NCBI GenBank assembly: GCA_964618805.1
Contig: CAZUBM010000001.1
Coordinates: 192,010 to 256,009, forward strand
DNA: 64,000 nt
Reading direction: 5' to 3'
Source of the DNA: an uncultured Nitrososphaerota archaeon
GTDB lineage: Archaea; Korarchaeota; Korarchaeia; Korarchaeales; Korarchaeaceae
Under the pieces are notes generated by a model, which worked only from the letters and a program-made list of their open reading frames with translations, was not told the DNA's origin and made no database searches. This document shows, in pieces, positions 9,730-20,444 of this stretch (within the stretch, counting starts at the first letter, position 1; every line of letters starts with the position of its first letter). A program made the translations under genes and the position numbers.

Positions 9730-11814
9730 ATGAGTAAAAGCATCATGTGCGTTGACATAGGAGGAACTTTTACTGACGTTATAGCTTTAAACATGGAGAC
9801 GGGAGAAATAGTAAGGGAGAAAATTCTATCGACACCTAAGGAACCAGAAATTGCTGTGTTAAGTGCAATATCCACAGTTCTAAAGAAGTTAAAGGGTAAA
9901 GAAGTTAGGTTCATCATACATGCAAGTACGATAGCTACAAACGCTATTTTGGGTCAAATAGGGCTTGAGCTCCCAAAATGTGCTATGTTAACTACGAGAG
10001 GCTTCAGGGATATCATCGCAATAGGCAGGCAACAGAGACCAGAACTCTACAATATTTTCTTTCAAAAACCAAGAGAACTGATCCAACGTAAGTACAGATT
10101 TGAAGTCGAGGAGAGGATAGGGCCCGATGGACATGAAATAATCCCCTTAAATAAGGGGGATGTCATAAAGGCGATATCTAGAGTAAAAAAGGAAGGAATT
10201 GAGTCTGTAGCAATCTGCTTTCTTAACTCTTATGCGAACCCAGCGCATGAGATCGAAGCTAAAAAGTTAGTTGAAAGGGAGTGTAATGTGTTTACAGTAG
10301 CTTCCAGTGAGATCTGTCCAGAATATAGGGAATATGAGAGATTTAGCACGGCTGTAGTGAATGCAGTTCTTATGCCAATTGTTTCCTCCTATTTGGGACG
10401 CCTGAGACAGGGCCTTGAGGAAATGGGATTAAAAGCTCCTCTCTTGCTGATGAAATCTAGTGGTGGTATTATTTCAAGTCAAAGAGCCGTGAAAATTCCT
10501 GCTGCAATCATAGAGTCCGGCCCAGCTGCTGGAGTTATAGCGGCAACGTTCTATGCAAAGCTAATTGGCTTAGAAAATGTTCTGAGCTTTGACATGGGAG
10601 GAACTACTGCTAAAGCTGGAACTATAGTAAACAGAAATCCAGAGGTCACTAGAGAGTATGAAGTAGGAGGTAAAACCCATAAAGGAAGGTTAGTAAAGGG
10701 GAGTGGCTACCCTGTTAGGTTTCCATTCATAGATCTTGCTGAGTGCAGTGCCGGAGGAGGTACTATTGCTTGGGTAGACGAAGGGGGTTTCCTAAGGGTG
10801 GGTCCCTTAAGTGCTGGATCAGATCCCGGACCTGCATGTTATGGGAGAGGAGGAAAGGATCCAACTGTAACGGATGCAAACGTCATTCTAGGTAGACTAA
10901 ATCCAGAATACCTGCTTGGCGGAAGGTTGAAAATTCACAAAAAGTTGGCAGAAAAGGCGATAGAGAAAAAGATATGCGAATTCTTAGGGTTAGATCTAGT
11001 GAAGGCAGCAAATGGCATAATAGAGATAGTGAACTCTGAGATGAGCAAAATCCTGCGCATAATGTCCGTTGAAAGAGGGCTCGATCCTAGAGAGTTTGCT
11101 CTCATGGCATTTGGAGGAGCTGGACCAATGCATGCATGTCAACTGGCTGAAGAACTCTCTATAAACCTCGTAGTCATACCCATAGATCCTGGGCTGTTTT
11201 CGGCTTGGGGCCTAATGGCAGCAGATATGACCCATGAAGCTTCTAGGCCATTGATGACAACCATGATCGATCACAAAAGGCTCGAAAACATCTTTAGAAT
11301 TCTAGAAGCAGAAGCAAGGAATGTTCTAGTTGAGCAGGGAATTGAGAAAGGCAAAATATTCACCTTAAGGGAGTTGGATATCAGGTATTTGGGACAGTCA
11401 TATGAGTTGCAAGTTCCAGTTCCTCTAAAGATAGACGAGAATTCTTTAAGCGGAATAATCAATTCGTTCCATGCCAAACATAAAAGAATGTACGGCTATT
11501 CGATGCCTGATGAGGAAATTGAATTCGTTAATGCTAGGGTAAGAGCCATCGGGAGCATTATAAGGCCAAAAATTCCAAAGCAGCCAATTCAAGGGCCTAA
11601 CCCTGACGAAGACTCCTTACTTGGTTTCAGAGAGGTTTATTTTAGCGCGAATGATGACTTCCTTAAAACCCCTATCTACAGTAGAGAAAGGCTGAAGCCA
11701 GGAAATACGATAGAAGGTCCTGCAATAGTTGAACAGTACGATACGACAATAGTAATTCCCCCTGGATGGAGTGCAAAGGTTGATGAATTCGGATCCCTGA
11801 GGATGGTGAGTTAA
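9730..11814 (+). CDS. Hydantoinase A / 5-oxoprolinase ATP-binding subunit
   Basis: VDIGGTFTD, ESGPAAG, DMGGTTAK, GPLSAGSDPGPACYG and FGGAGPMHA. Confidence 0.93.
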   Translation: MSKSIMCVDIGGTFTDVIALNMETGEIVREKILSTPKEPEIAVLSAISTVLKKLKGKEVRFIIHASTIATNAILGQIGLELPKCAMLTTRGFRDIIAIGRQQRPELYNIFFQKPRELIQRKYRFEVEERIGPDGHEIIPLNKGDVIKAISRVKKEGIESVAICFLNSYANPAHEIEAKKLVERECNVFTVASSEICPEYREYERFSTAVVNAVLMPIVSSYLGRLRQGLEEMGLKAPLLLMKSSGGIISSQRAVKIPAAIIESGPAAGVIAATFYAKLIGLENVLSFDMGGTTAKAGTIVNRNPEVTREYEVGGKTHKGRLVKGSGYPVRFPFIDLAECSAGGGTIAWVDEGGFLRVGPLSAGSDPGPACYGRGGKDPTVTDANVILGRLNPEYLLGGRLKIHKKLAEKAIEKKICEFLGLDLVKAANGIIEIVNSEMSKILRIMSVERGLDPREFALMAFGGAGPMHACQLAEELSINLVVIPIDPGLFSAWGLMAADMTHEASRPLMTTMIDHKRLENIFRILEAEARNVLVEQGIEKGKIFTLRELDIRYLGQSYELQVPVPLKIDENSLSGIINSFHAKHKRMYGYSMPDEEIEFVNARVRAIGSIIRPKIPKQPIQGPNPDEDSLLGFREVYFSANDDFLKTPIYSRERLKPGNTIEGPAIVEQYDTTIVIPPGWSAKVDEFGSLRMVS

Positions 11815-13473
11815 GTGGATCCTGTAACAGTTGAGGTCATAAGAGGAGGACTTGTTTATGCCGCTGAAGAAATGGGAATAGTCCTCAGAAAGACGGCTTA
11901 TTCTCACAACATAAAAGAGAGAATGGATCATTCATGCGCGATATTTGACAGCAAAGGAAGGTTAATAGCACAAGCAGAGCATATTCCGGTCCATCTGGGC
12001 TCTATGTCAATTGCTCTAAAGAATTGCCTGAAAGAAATCGATTTTCGCCTCGAAGAAGGGGATATGGTCGTCTTTAACGATCCCTATATAAGCGGAACAC
12101 ATCTTCCAGATATAACTATGGTAGCTCCAGTGTACGAGGGAGAAGAGCTACTTGGTTATGTTGTAAATAAGGCACATCACTCAGATGTTGGAGGGAAGAC
12201 TCCTGGTAGTCTTCCAGGGGATGCTAGCGAGATCTATCAGGAAGGACTAATAATCCCTCCAGTAAGGATTGTAAGGAGAGGAGATATAGTTAAGGACGTT
12301 CTTAAGCTAATATTGTCGAATGTGAGGACTCAGAAGATAAGAATGGGGGATCTTAGAGCGCAAATAGCAGCAAATCTATTAGGAATAAGAAGATTTCGAG
12401 AAATTACACAGAAATTTGGGATAAGTGTTGTTAATGAGGCAATTAACGACATACTTGATTACTCTGAGAGAAGAATTAGGAAAAAGATCTCAGAGATAAA
12501 AGAGGGGACTTACGAGGCTGAGGATTATTTAGAAAGTACTGGAACTGAGGAAAAACTCGTGAAATTAAAGGTAAAAGTTCAAATAAAGGGAGATGAAATA
12601 TCTTTTGACTACACCGGTACAGATACCCAAGTAAACGGACCAGTAAATGCCGTTCTTGGAGTTACCTTGGCTGGGATTTACTATGTCTTAATGTGTATCA
12701 CAGATCCGACCATTCCAATGAATGAGGGCTGTTTCAGGCCTGTTTCAGTAAAAGTCCCAAAAGGATGTATTCTAAATCCTATAAGGCCAGCTCCTGTTGG
12801 AGGAGGAAATGTCGAGACTTCTCAGAGAAATGTGGATGTCCTTTTTAAAGCCCTTTCCAAAGCAATCCCTCAAAAGGTTTGTGCGGCAGGTCAAGGCACG
12901 ATGAACAACGTCTGCGTTGGGGGAATAGATGCTTCGGGAAAACAATGGGTCTTTTACGAGACTATAGGAGGAGGATATGGAGGAAGGTATGGTTTAGATG
13001 GAGTTGATGGCGTTCAAGTTCATATGACCAATACGATGAATACGCCAATAGAGGCAATAGAAGCAGCTTATCCGATTCTGTTCTTAAGGTATGAGCTAAG
13101 GAAGGATAGCTGTGGAGCTGGGAAGTGGAGAGGAGGTTGTGGTATAATTAGGAGCTGGAAGCTTTTGGGAGAACGTGCTTCACTTTCTCTAATGGCAGAA
13201 AGACAAAAAATAGCTCCATGGGGTCTTTTCGGCGGGAGACAGGGGGCTACTGGCAAAGCTTTGATAATTAGGTCGGACGGAAGGAAGCTGGAATTATCAT
13301 CTAAATGTACAGTAACTATGGAAAAAGGGGATATATTCGTGATATTAACTCCTGGAGGAGGAGGGTATGGGGATCCAAAAGAAAGGGACTACAAAGCAAT
13401 ACTTAGAGATCTAGAAAACGAATTGCTATCAAAGGAGAAGATCGCTGAGGATTATGGTCTCTCACTTCCCTAA
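11815..13473 (+). CDS. Hydantoinase B / 5-oxoprolinase catalytic subunit
   Basis: HIPVHLG, NDPYISGTHLPD, HHSDVGG, NTPIE and TPGGGGYG. Directly abuts subunit A. Confidence 0.93.
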   Translation: MDPVTVEVIRGGLVYAAEEMGIVLRKTAYSHNIKERMDHSCAIFDSKGRLIAQAEHIPVHLGSMSIALKNCLKEIDFRLEEGDMVVFNDPYISGTHLPDITMVAPVYEGEELLGYVVNKAHHSDVGGKTPGSLPGDASEIYQEGLIIPPVRIVRRGDIVKDVLKLILSNVRTQKIRMGDLRAQIAANLLGIRRFREITQKFGISVVNEAINDILDYSERRIRKKISEIKEGTYEAEDYLESTGTEEKLVKLKVKVQIKGDEISFDYTGTDTQVNGPVNAVLGVTLAGIYYVLMCITDPTIPMNEGCFRPVSVKVPKGCILNPIRPAPVGGGNVETSQRNVDVLFKALSKAIPQKVCAAGQGTMNNVCVGGIDASGKQWVFYETIGGGYGGRYGLDGVDGVQVHMTNTMNTPIEAIEAAYPILFLRYELRKDSCGAGKWRGGCGIIRSWKLLGERASLSLMAERQKIAPWGLFGGRQGATGKALIIRSDGRKLELSSKCTVTMEKGDIFVILTPGGGGYGDPKERDYKAILRDLENELLSKEKIAEDYGLSLP

Positions 13474-13547
13474 AAAGAATCTTAGGTTACAAATTTAGGA
13501 TTCTCCTTGAAAAACAGCTCTAAGTAAAGAAATATGGAGGGAGCCTT

Positions 13548-13976
13548 ATGAGAATAAGAAAACTAGTTCCTGAGGATTATGAAGAAATAATAAAGCTCTG
13601 GGATGAAGCAGGGCTGCCCTATAAGCCTAAAGGAAGGGATAGCAAGGAGTCTATTGAAAAACAAATGAAAGAGAACCCAGAATTCTTCATTGGAGCTTTT
13701 GATGGTGAAAAGCTGATAGGGACCGTTATCGCCTCCTTTGATGGGAGAAAAGGATGGATAAACAGATTAGCGGTCCATCCAAAGTACAGAAGAAGAGGAA
13801 TAGGACAACATCTCATAAAGGAGGCTGAGACCATTCTCAAAAAGAAGGGTGCATGGGTAATCTGCGCTCTAATTGAAAGAAAGAATGAGCCCTCTTTGAA
13901 TCTTTTCAAAAAATGTGGTTATAAGATATCTAGCGATTTAATATATGTAAGCAAAAGGGAGAGCGACCTCGTCTAG
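13548..13976 (+). CDS. GNAT family N-acetyltransferase
   Basis: Acetyl-CoA motif LAVHPKYRRRGIG. Confidence 0.9.
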   Translation: MRIRKLVPEDYEEIIKLWDEAGLPYKPKGRDSKESIEKQMKENPEFFIGAFDGEKLIGTVIASFDGRKGWINRLAVHPKYRRRGIGQHLIKEAETILKKKGAWVICALIERKNEPSLNLFKKCGYKISSDLIYVSKRESDLV

Positions 13977-14112
13977 AGCAATTTGCTGAATTTCCGTTTG
14001 GGCTGTAGTCTCAGAAGAATTTATTCCATAATACCCTTTCTACTGATAGCCTCTAGTGACGAACATCTCATATGCAGGAAGATAGTACTTGATGTTAGTG
14101 AAAAGCAGTTTG

Positions 14113-14499
14113 TTAGACTAAGATGGATCGTACAGCAAGTCCTGCAACGAATAAAGTTATGCCTAAGACGACTAGAAGAATTCTAATCGCTATTAATACA
14201 TAGGAGAGTTTGCTAATACTTATCTCGATTTTCTGCTCACTTATGGCCTCCGATAGTCTTATCGCGACTCTTGAGCCACCAACTTTAACGGGAATGACTA
14301 CTTTACCTATAAGTGGGCTATCAACAGTTATATTGAATGAATAAGATGCAATAGGAATCTCTATCTCTTCAGGAAGAAGTTCTGAAACATCTATTTCAAC
14401 GCTACCTACTGAGGGAAAGAATATGGAACTAATGGCAAACAATCCGCCTAGAACAATGAGCATAAAAGGAAGAGCTTTCTCTGCCCAAAACAACCTCAT
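14113..14499 (-). CDS. Hypothetical membrane protein (2 TM)
   Basis: Hydrophobic N- and C-terminal helices flank a beta-rich loop. Confidence 0.6.
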   Translation of the reverse strand: MRLFWAEKALPFMLIVLGGLFAISSIFFPSVGSVEIDVSELLPEEIEIPIASYSFNITVDSPLIGKVVIPVKVGGSRVAIRLSEAISEQKIEISISKLSYVLIAIRILLVVLGITLFVAGLAVRSILV

Positions 14500-14589
14500 A
14501 ACATGAATAGTATCAAATTTGGTTAAAGGTTTTTCATGTTAAGGAACAGGATTTACACCCAAACTCAGGGTAATGGCAGATACGAGACT

Positions 14590-14991
14590 TTAGAGCTTGC
14601 CTTTCCCTGCTAAAACAATCATATATCTAGGATAACTCATGTTTCTAGGTAGGGGGATCTCTGCATTCAATATCATACTTGCTAGCTCCCTAAACCTCTG
14701 TTTGAACTGTCTGTATTCGTTCTTTTCCAGCACTTCCCTTCCTTTTTCCGTCAGGTGGAACCTCCTTTCACCGTTAGTCTTAACAACTTCCCTGAATATT
14801 AGTCTATAGAGAGTGCTCCTGCTGGCATATCTTCCAAGTTTTTTGATCCCTCCATATTTCTCATTTGCCTCTATAAGCATGAGAACAGCAAACTCTTCGT
14901 TCTCATATATCAGCTCCATTAATTTTCTTAGCAACTCGTTCTGAGAGTAAGGAAGTATAATGTGCTTGACCTCCTTGTGTGACATGTTCAA
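14590..14991 (-). CDS. Winged-helix DNA-binding protein
   Basis: SRSTLYRL...RFHLTEKGREVLE wing motif. Confidence 0.6.
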   Translation of the reverse strand: MNMSHKEVKHIILPYSQNELLRKLMELIYENEEFAVLMLIEANEKYGGIKKLGRYASRSTLYRLIFREVVKTNGERRFHLTEKGREVLEKNEYRQFKQRFRELASMILNAEIPLPRNMSYPRYMIVLAGKGKL

Positions 14992-15130
14992 TAGGTAAAT
15001 TCCAAAATCAATTTTAATTTTTTGGAAAAAACAAGCAAGTCCAACGTAGGACCATTAGGGGGTGAAATTCGATCGACCATAAGGGCGACTCAAGGAAATC
15101 CTTATTTGTATCGGAAGGAACCCTTCACGT

Positions 15131-15496
15131 ATGGTCTCTCTAAGCCCTCTAATAGTGATAAAACCAGGAAGCGCTTTGTATGAGGCGGTCATGGAACTGT
15201 TGATAATGTATACAACTGATGAGGCTTTAATCCTAGAATTTGAAGGTGAAGGAGCCTTTTTTGTATTCGGAACTGAGAGGTTTGTGTTTCTAGTAGGCGG
15301 AGAAGTTAAGGTCTATAGATTAGCTGATATAGCCAAAATGTTCGTAAAGGAGGGCGTAAAACCTGACTCAGCAACCACAGAACCGTTTTGGTATCCCTCT
15401 AAGTACTTAAATCAGTGGCTGAAGATATTAAAGGAACTGGGTCATGACTTAACCAAATGGAAGGTCGTTCCTTATGATTTAGAACAGAAAGAGTAG
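15131..15496 (+). CDS. Hypothetical protein
   Basis: 121-aa ORF with protein-like composition, divergent from the wHTH gene. Confidence 0.6.
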   Translation: MVSLSPLIVIKPGSALYEAVMELLIMYTTDEALILEFEGEGAFFVFGTERFVFLVGGEVKVYRLADIAKMFVKEGVKPDSATTEPFWYPSKYLNQWLKILKELGHDLTKWKVVPYDLEQKE

Positions 15497-15652
15497 GGAG
15501 GTAGTCTCTTCGTACCATTATAACTTTTTAAAGAGGAGAGATGTTGCTCATGCCATAAGTGCTTCACATACAACGTCGAAGAGAAAAAGCGGCGACATGG
15601 TTGCAAACCTTTTCAAAAACTTTCAGACAAATAAGTTAAAAATCGTGCTTAG

Positions 15653-16900
15653 GTGGGTTTATTCCTAACAATGAACCTTAAGATGAAACTATCGCCCATC
15701 ATCGAGCTGCTTAGAAATAGAAATCTAGCAATAATAGTCGTCTCCTGGATTCTTTTTGCATTGGCCGGACCTCTTTTCTGGCAGTTTGAATCTGATTATG
15801 CGAAGAGGCTGGGCGCCTCACCTGAAATAATTGGTATGATGAACTCTGCTTTCACCCTAATCAATATGTTAGTTCAAATTCCTGGAGGTTATTTAGCTGA
15901 TAAAAGAGGAAGGAAACGACTTGTTGCATGGGGGACTTTTCTTGTAGGTTTTCCAAACCTAATTAGAGCAATATCTGGGGATTGGAAGAGCTATTTCTTC
16001 GCAACAGCGATATCCGTTGCTGTTGGAAACATGTACAATCCAGCTCTTGCGGCAATATACCAAGATTCTCTGCCACCGGATTCAAGGGCCTTTGGAAGTT
16101 CTTTAATTAACGGCATTTCTTGGGCAATTCCCAGCACAATAAGCTCGCTTTTTGGCGGATATCTCTACGAAAGATATGGGTTGCTGGGCCTAAGGGCTGC
16201 TTTAGTGGTCAACGCATTTGTCTACTTTGTAAACGGAATTCTTAGATTCGGTATGAAGGAAACCTTGCAGAGAAAACCAGAAGCGCCTAAGCAAATGTCC
16301 TTCAAAGAGACCCTTTCAAGCCTAAAGAGGGTCTTTTCATGGGCTTATGGCTCAGTAAAAGTGCTTCTAACATTAGAAATCTTTTTTGGGATAATATCTG
16401 GAATCTCAGGGGCTTTTTGGCTATTATATGCCCTTTACGTGATAGGAGTAAGTAAGTTCCAGTGGGGAATTGTTGGTGCAGTCTACAATCTGCTGTATTT
16501 TCCTCTCAGCCTTTACACAGGGAAGATTGCAGATAAAAGGGGAAGAGTAAGGCAAATGAGACTAACACCTTTCATATGGGTGATCTCAAATCTGATATTC
16601 TTAACTGCTAAGAGCTTTGAAGCAGTTCTCATTTCTTGGATTCTAAGCGTTATAGGAGATGCTTTTTGGAAACCAGGCTTTTCAGCGATTTGGATCGACG
16701 TTATTCCAAGGAAGAGGAGAGCTAGGATGTTCTCCATTAGGACTATAGCAGGTGGAATATCTTCTGTCATAGCATACGCCTTGAGCGGCTTCCTTTACGC
16801 AAAGAAGGAAGCATATCCATTTGTAGTCGTTATTTTGATCGAGTTATCAATGATACCACTTCTTCTTTATCTAAAAGAGCCCGAAGTAAAGGAAATTTAG
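15653..16900 (+). CDS. MFS transporter
   Basis: GYLADKRGRK and GKIADKRGR motif A repeats, about 12 TM. Confidence 0.88.
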   Translation: MGLFLTMNLKMKLSPIIELLRNRNLAIIVVSWILFALAGPLFWQFESDYAKRLGASPEIIGMMNSAFTLINMLVQIPGGYLADKRGRKRLVAWGTFLVGFPNLIRAISGDWKSYFFATAISVAVGNMYNPALAAIYQDSLPPDSRAFGSSLINGISWAIPSTISSLFGGYLYERYGLLGLRAALVVNAFVYFVNGILRFGMKETLQRKPEAPKQMSFKETLSSLKRVFSWAYGSVKVLLTLEIFFGIISGISGAFWLLYALYVIGVSKFQWGIVGAVYNLLYFPLSLYTGKIADKRGRVRQMRLTPFIWVISNLIFLTAKSFEAVLISWILSVIGDAFWKPGFSAIWIDVIPRKRRARMFSIRTIAGGISSVIAYALSGFLYAKKEAYPFVVVILIELSMIPLLLYLKEPEVKEI

Positions 16901-17661
16901 GACACGATGTCCTCTAGATCACATTTCAAAGATATTTTCCTAAGCATTTCAGATGGTATTGAGAAGAGCTGTTGAGGATCCTCGACATATATGTAAAGGT
17001 GATATCGCTTTGACAATCTATCAAAGCTTGTCATGGCATACTCTGGCTTCATAGGAAGCTTCTCCTCGTACTCTAAAATTAATTCATCAAGAATTTTCTC
17101 TATTCTCTCAGTCCGAAAATCCCTAGGAAACTCAAGAGGCAGCATATAACAAGTTAAATTCCCACTTTTCCTTTTGAAATTCGTTATCCTGAGTCCCATG
17201 ACATCCTGATTGCTGATCAATACATGGCTGAGGGTTGGAGTAAGGATCTTAGTGTAATTGATTGATACTTCCTCAACTATACCTTCAATATTTCCCATTC
17301 TTACGTAATCTCCTATATTGAACGGACGTGAAATCAGGACGTATAGTCCTGCGATAAAGTTGCCTATACTTTTAGTGGAAGCAAAACCAATAGCCGTTCC
17401 TGCTAACGCAGAAAAACCGACAAACCAATCGCTTGGGAGACCTCCAAGCTCAAATAAGGCAGCAATCCCTCCAAGCACAACGATGAATCTGCTTAGAGTA
17501 GCCAAAGCGTTTTCAGCGGTAGGAGATAATCGTACCCTGCTTGCATACTTCTTTATGTACATTGTAAGAAGTCTCTCTATGACTGTAGTAGCGAGTAGAA
17601 TGGCGCATAGCTTTAAAGCTATCACCAAATAGGTAGGAACGCTCTCAATTATTTCTGGCAC
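16897..17661 (-). CDS. Small-conductance mechanosensitive channel (MscS family)
   Basis: AIGFAST.SIGNFIAGLYVLISRPFNIGDYV..GNIEGIVEEV. Confidence 0.88.
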   Translation of the reverse strand: MPEIIESVPTYLVIALKLCAILLATTVIERLLTMYIKKYASRVRLSPTAENALATLSRFIVVLGGIAALFELGGLPSDWFVGFSALAGTAIGFASTKSIGNFIAGLYVLISRPFNIGDYVRMGNIEGIVEEVSINYTKILTPTLSHVLISNQDVMGLRITNFKRKSGNLTCYMLPLEFPRDFRTERIEKILDELILEYEEKLPMKPEYAMTSFDRLSKRYHLYIYVEDPQQLFSIPSEMLRKISLKCDLEDIVS

Positions 17662-18029
17662 TTAGCATCACCAAATTATCATAGGAGTGCCCTTTGACGA
17701 ATGATTTCTCATTGAGTAAGGCATGGTTATTTAAGATTTCTCTTCTTCAGAAATAGCTTTCTTCAATGCTTTGCTTATATCTTCGAAGAGAGAAGATTTC
17801 AGGATTCCAACAAGCAAGATCAGCTTTCCAATAACGAAGACAGCATCGCTAAGAAAAGCTTTATCAAATCCCTTCTTTCTACCTTTTTATTAGTCTTCTA
17901 AGGGCTTTAGCAAGCAATATCATTTGAATTGTGGCAAAATATCTTTTTTGCATCTATTTTGGGAAAAATCCTCCTTCATAAATGCCCAGGTAATTTATCA
18001 TACAATAAAACAGATCCCCCAAGGTCCTT

Positions 18030-19322
18030 TTATACTCTATAGAGATATCTTCTAATTTCCCAATCGGTGACAGACCTAGAAAATTCAGCCCACTCTTCTT
18101 CAAGCATATCGAGATAAGTATCGCAGACATCCTTTCCTATGTATTTTTTGAGAACTTCATCGTTTCTCGCTTCATCTATGGCTTCCTTCAAGTTACAAGG
18201 CAAGGTATTGAATTTCTCAGGAGTCTCATACACATTCCAGTCTGTGGGATTTCCTGGATCCAAACTTCGCTCTATTCCATCCATTCCGGCTGCAAGTACG
18301 GCAGTAAAAGCTAAATAAGGGTTACAGGATGGGTCCGGAGCTCTGAACTCTATTCTAAAACCTCTATCCCTAGAAGTTGGAACTCTGACTAAAGCAGATC
18401 TATTTTTGTATCCCCAACAAATGTAAACTGGAGCCTCATATCCCGGAACCAGCCTTTTATAGGAGTTTATGGTTGGAGCTACAAAGGCAGATAAAGCCCT
18501 TGCATGCACCAATAATCCGGCTATGAAGTGCTTTGCCATTTTAGAGATCGAACTTTTATCATGATCCCAAAATAGATTATCTCCATCTAGATTAGATAAG
18601 CTTATATGAAGGTGCATTCCAGAGCCATTTATTCCCTCAAAAGGCTTTGGCATAAAAGTTACACGCAAACCAAATTCAGAGGCGATATTTCTCAGAATTT
18701 CTTTGTATATTAAGATAGAATCCGCCGTTTTAAGCGCATCAGAAAATTCAAAATCTATCTCGTGCTGTCCTGGAGCAACCTCATGGTGTATTGCCTCAGG
18801 TTTTATCCCTGCCTCTGATAAGGCCTTTGCGAATCTAATCTTGATATCCATTGCGTTGTCTTCGGTCAGATCAAAGTAACCACCATCATCGTGCTGCTTG
18901 CTTTCATTGAGCAAGAAGAATTCGACTTCTGCACCTACGTTGAAGGTTAATTCCTTTGTTCTAAGCAAGTCCATTGATCTCCTCAATATTTGCCTCGAAT
19001 CTTTCTCAAAAGGCTTGCCATCTGGCTTAAGAATATAACAGAAGAAGTTTCCTATGATCTCTCCCTTATGCATTGAGGTAAAGAAGCTGCTAAGATCTGG
19101 CTTCAGGTATAAATCCGATTCTTCTATTCCTATGAGTTCCAGAGAAGACCCATCAAAACCTATTCCTTCCTCCAATGATTTCTTAAGATCCTCTGAGGGA
19201 ATAAAAAGCCCCTTTGGTCTACCAGAAAGATCTACTGTCCTTAACATCAGAAACTTTATGTGCTGTTCCTCTATCTTTCTCTTAATCTCCTCAACAACCA
19301 TTTGCTCTTGAATTGTCACCAA
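18030..19322 (-). CDS. glnA: Glutamine synthetase type I
   Basis: GFDGSS, HHEVAPGQHEID, FMPKP..GINGSGMHLH, RLVPGYEAP, NRSALVRVP and RIEFRAPDPSCNPY. Confidence 0.95.
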   Translation of the reverse strand: MVTIQEQMVVEEIKRKIEEQHIKFLMLRTVDLSGRPKGLFIPSEDLKKSLEEGIGFDGSSLELIGIEESDLYLKPDLSSFFTSMHKGEIIGNFFCYILKPDGKPFEKDSRQILRRSMDLLRTKELTFNVGAEVEFFLLNESKQHDDGGYFDLTEDNAMDIKIRFAKALSEAGIKPEAIHHEVAPGQHEIDFEFSDALKTADSILIYKEILRNIASEFGLRVTFMPKPFEGINGSGMHLHISLSNLDGDNLFWDHDKSSISKMAKHFIAGLLVHARALSAFVAPTINSYKRLVPGYEAPVYICWGYKNRSALVRVPTSRDRGFRIEFRAPDPSCNPYLAFTAVLAAGMDGIERSLDPGNPTDWNVYETPEKFNTLPCNLKEAIDEARNDEVLKKYIGKDVCDTYLDMLEEEWAEFSRSVTDWEIRRYLYRV

Positions 19323-19488
19323 TTTCCTCAGATTGTCTGAAAGAAAGGCTAAACAAAAACTCCTCTGAAGTTAGAGCAATAACACTTCCTTTATTAAAGT
19401 ACAACGAATAAGCAAGAGGCTCAAAACTATTATAACCAACATTATAATATTTGAACCTTGACAATAATGCTTGGAAAAGTGATGATGT

Positions 19489-20424
19489 ATGAGCTTTTAC
19501 GTTGAAAGAACGGAAGAAGGCCAAAATGCATACAAGACTTTCCTTATCGAAGACCCGAAGATGATTACAATTCTTGGAAACGAAATTGCTTTGAAAATAC
19601 TAAAGGAACTAGGGAAGAAACCAGCTTGTCCCATGGATGTAGCAAGAAGCCTTGACGTTCGAGAACAGACTGTTTACTATAACATAAAAAAGCTAGAAGC
19701 CGCCGGCTTAGTGCGTGTAGTCGCTACAGAACAGAGATCGGGAGCCATAGCAAAGATATATGAGCCCGTAGCAAGCGTGATATCCATGAAGCTATTCCCC
19801 TCAGAGCCTATCAAGGACTTTAAAGCCAGACCTGCTGAGATAGATTTTCTACGGCCCTTCATAAGAGAAGGTTTTTTTGACTCACTCATAATCCTTGGAA
19901 GTCCAGATCCACATGGAAAGTATCGTTCTAGGGCCTCTGATGGCTTTTGTGCGATAAATCTTGCCATGTTCTTTGGCCAGTTTACAAGAGATTATAGGAT
20001 ACCGTTCTATAAGCTAGATACACAAGTAAGAGAGGTTGATCTAGAGAAAAACTTGGTAGTTGTTGGTGGTCCAAAGGCTAACATAATCAGTGCTAAGATA
20101 AACGAGCACCTACCAATATTCTTCGACTACTCTGAAGAACTTAGGGAGTGGAGCATAGTTTCATCTCTATCTAGGAAAATCTATAGGGAAAAGCAGGTAG
20201 GTCTTATTGCAAGGATAGACAGCCCCTTTAAGGATGATAAAGAGATCCTCCTATTTGCTGGAATGGGTTTCAGGGGAACAAGAGCTGCAGTGTTGGGTTT
20301 CATAAGGCATTTGGATCAGGTTCAAAGCGGAAATTTCTTCAATCCAAAAGTTATAGCTAAAGTAGTTAGGGGCGTGGACATCGATGCTGATGGGATAATC
20401 GATGATGTTGAATTTCTAGAATAA
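19489..20424 (+). CDS. ArsR-like HTH regulator with uncharacterised C-terminal domain
   Basis: N-terminal wHTH (KILKELG..PMDVARSL..EQTVYYNIKKLEAAGLV) and a C-terminal region with GSPDPHG and NLVVVGGPKAN. Confidence 0.75.
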   Translation: MSFYVERTEEGQNAYKTFLIEDPKMITILGNEIALKILKELGKKPACPMDVARSLDVREQTVYYNIKKLEAAGLVRVVATEQRSGAIAKIYEPVASVISMKLFPSEPIKDFKARPAEIDFLRPFIREGFFDSLIILGSPDPHGKYRSRASDGFCAINLAMFFGQFTRDYRIPFYKLDTQVREVDLEKNLVVVGGPKANIISAKINEHLPIFFDYSEELREWSIVSSLSRKIYREKQVGLIARIDSPFKDDKEILLFAGMGFRGTRAAVLGFIRHLDQVQSGNFFNPKVIAKVVRGVDIDADGIIDDVEFLE

Positions 20425-20444
20425 CTTCTGATTCAATAAATGGG

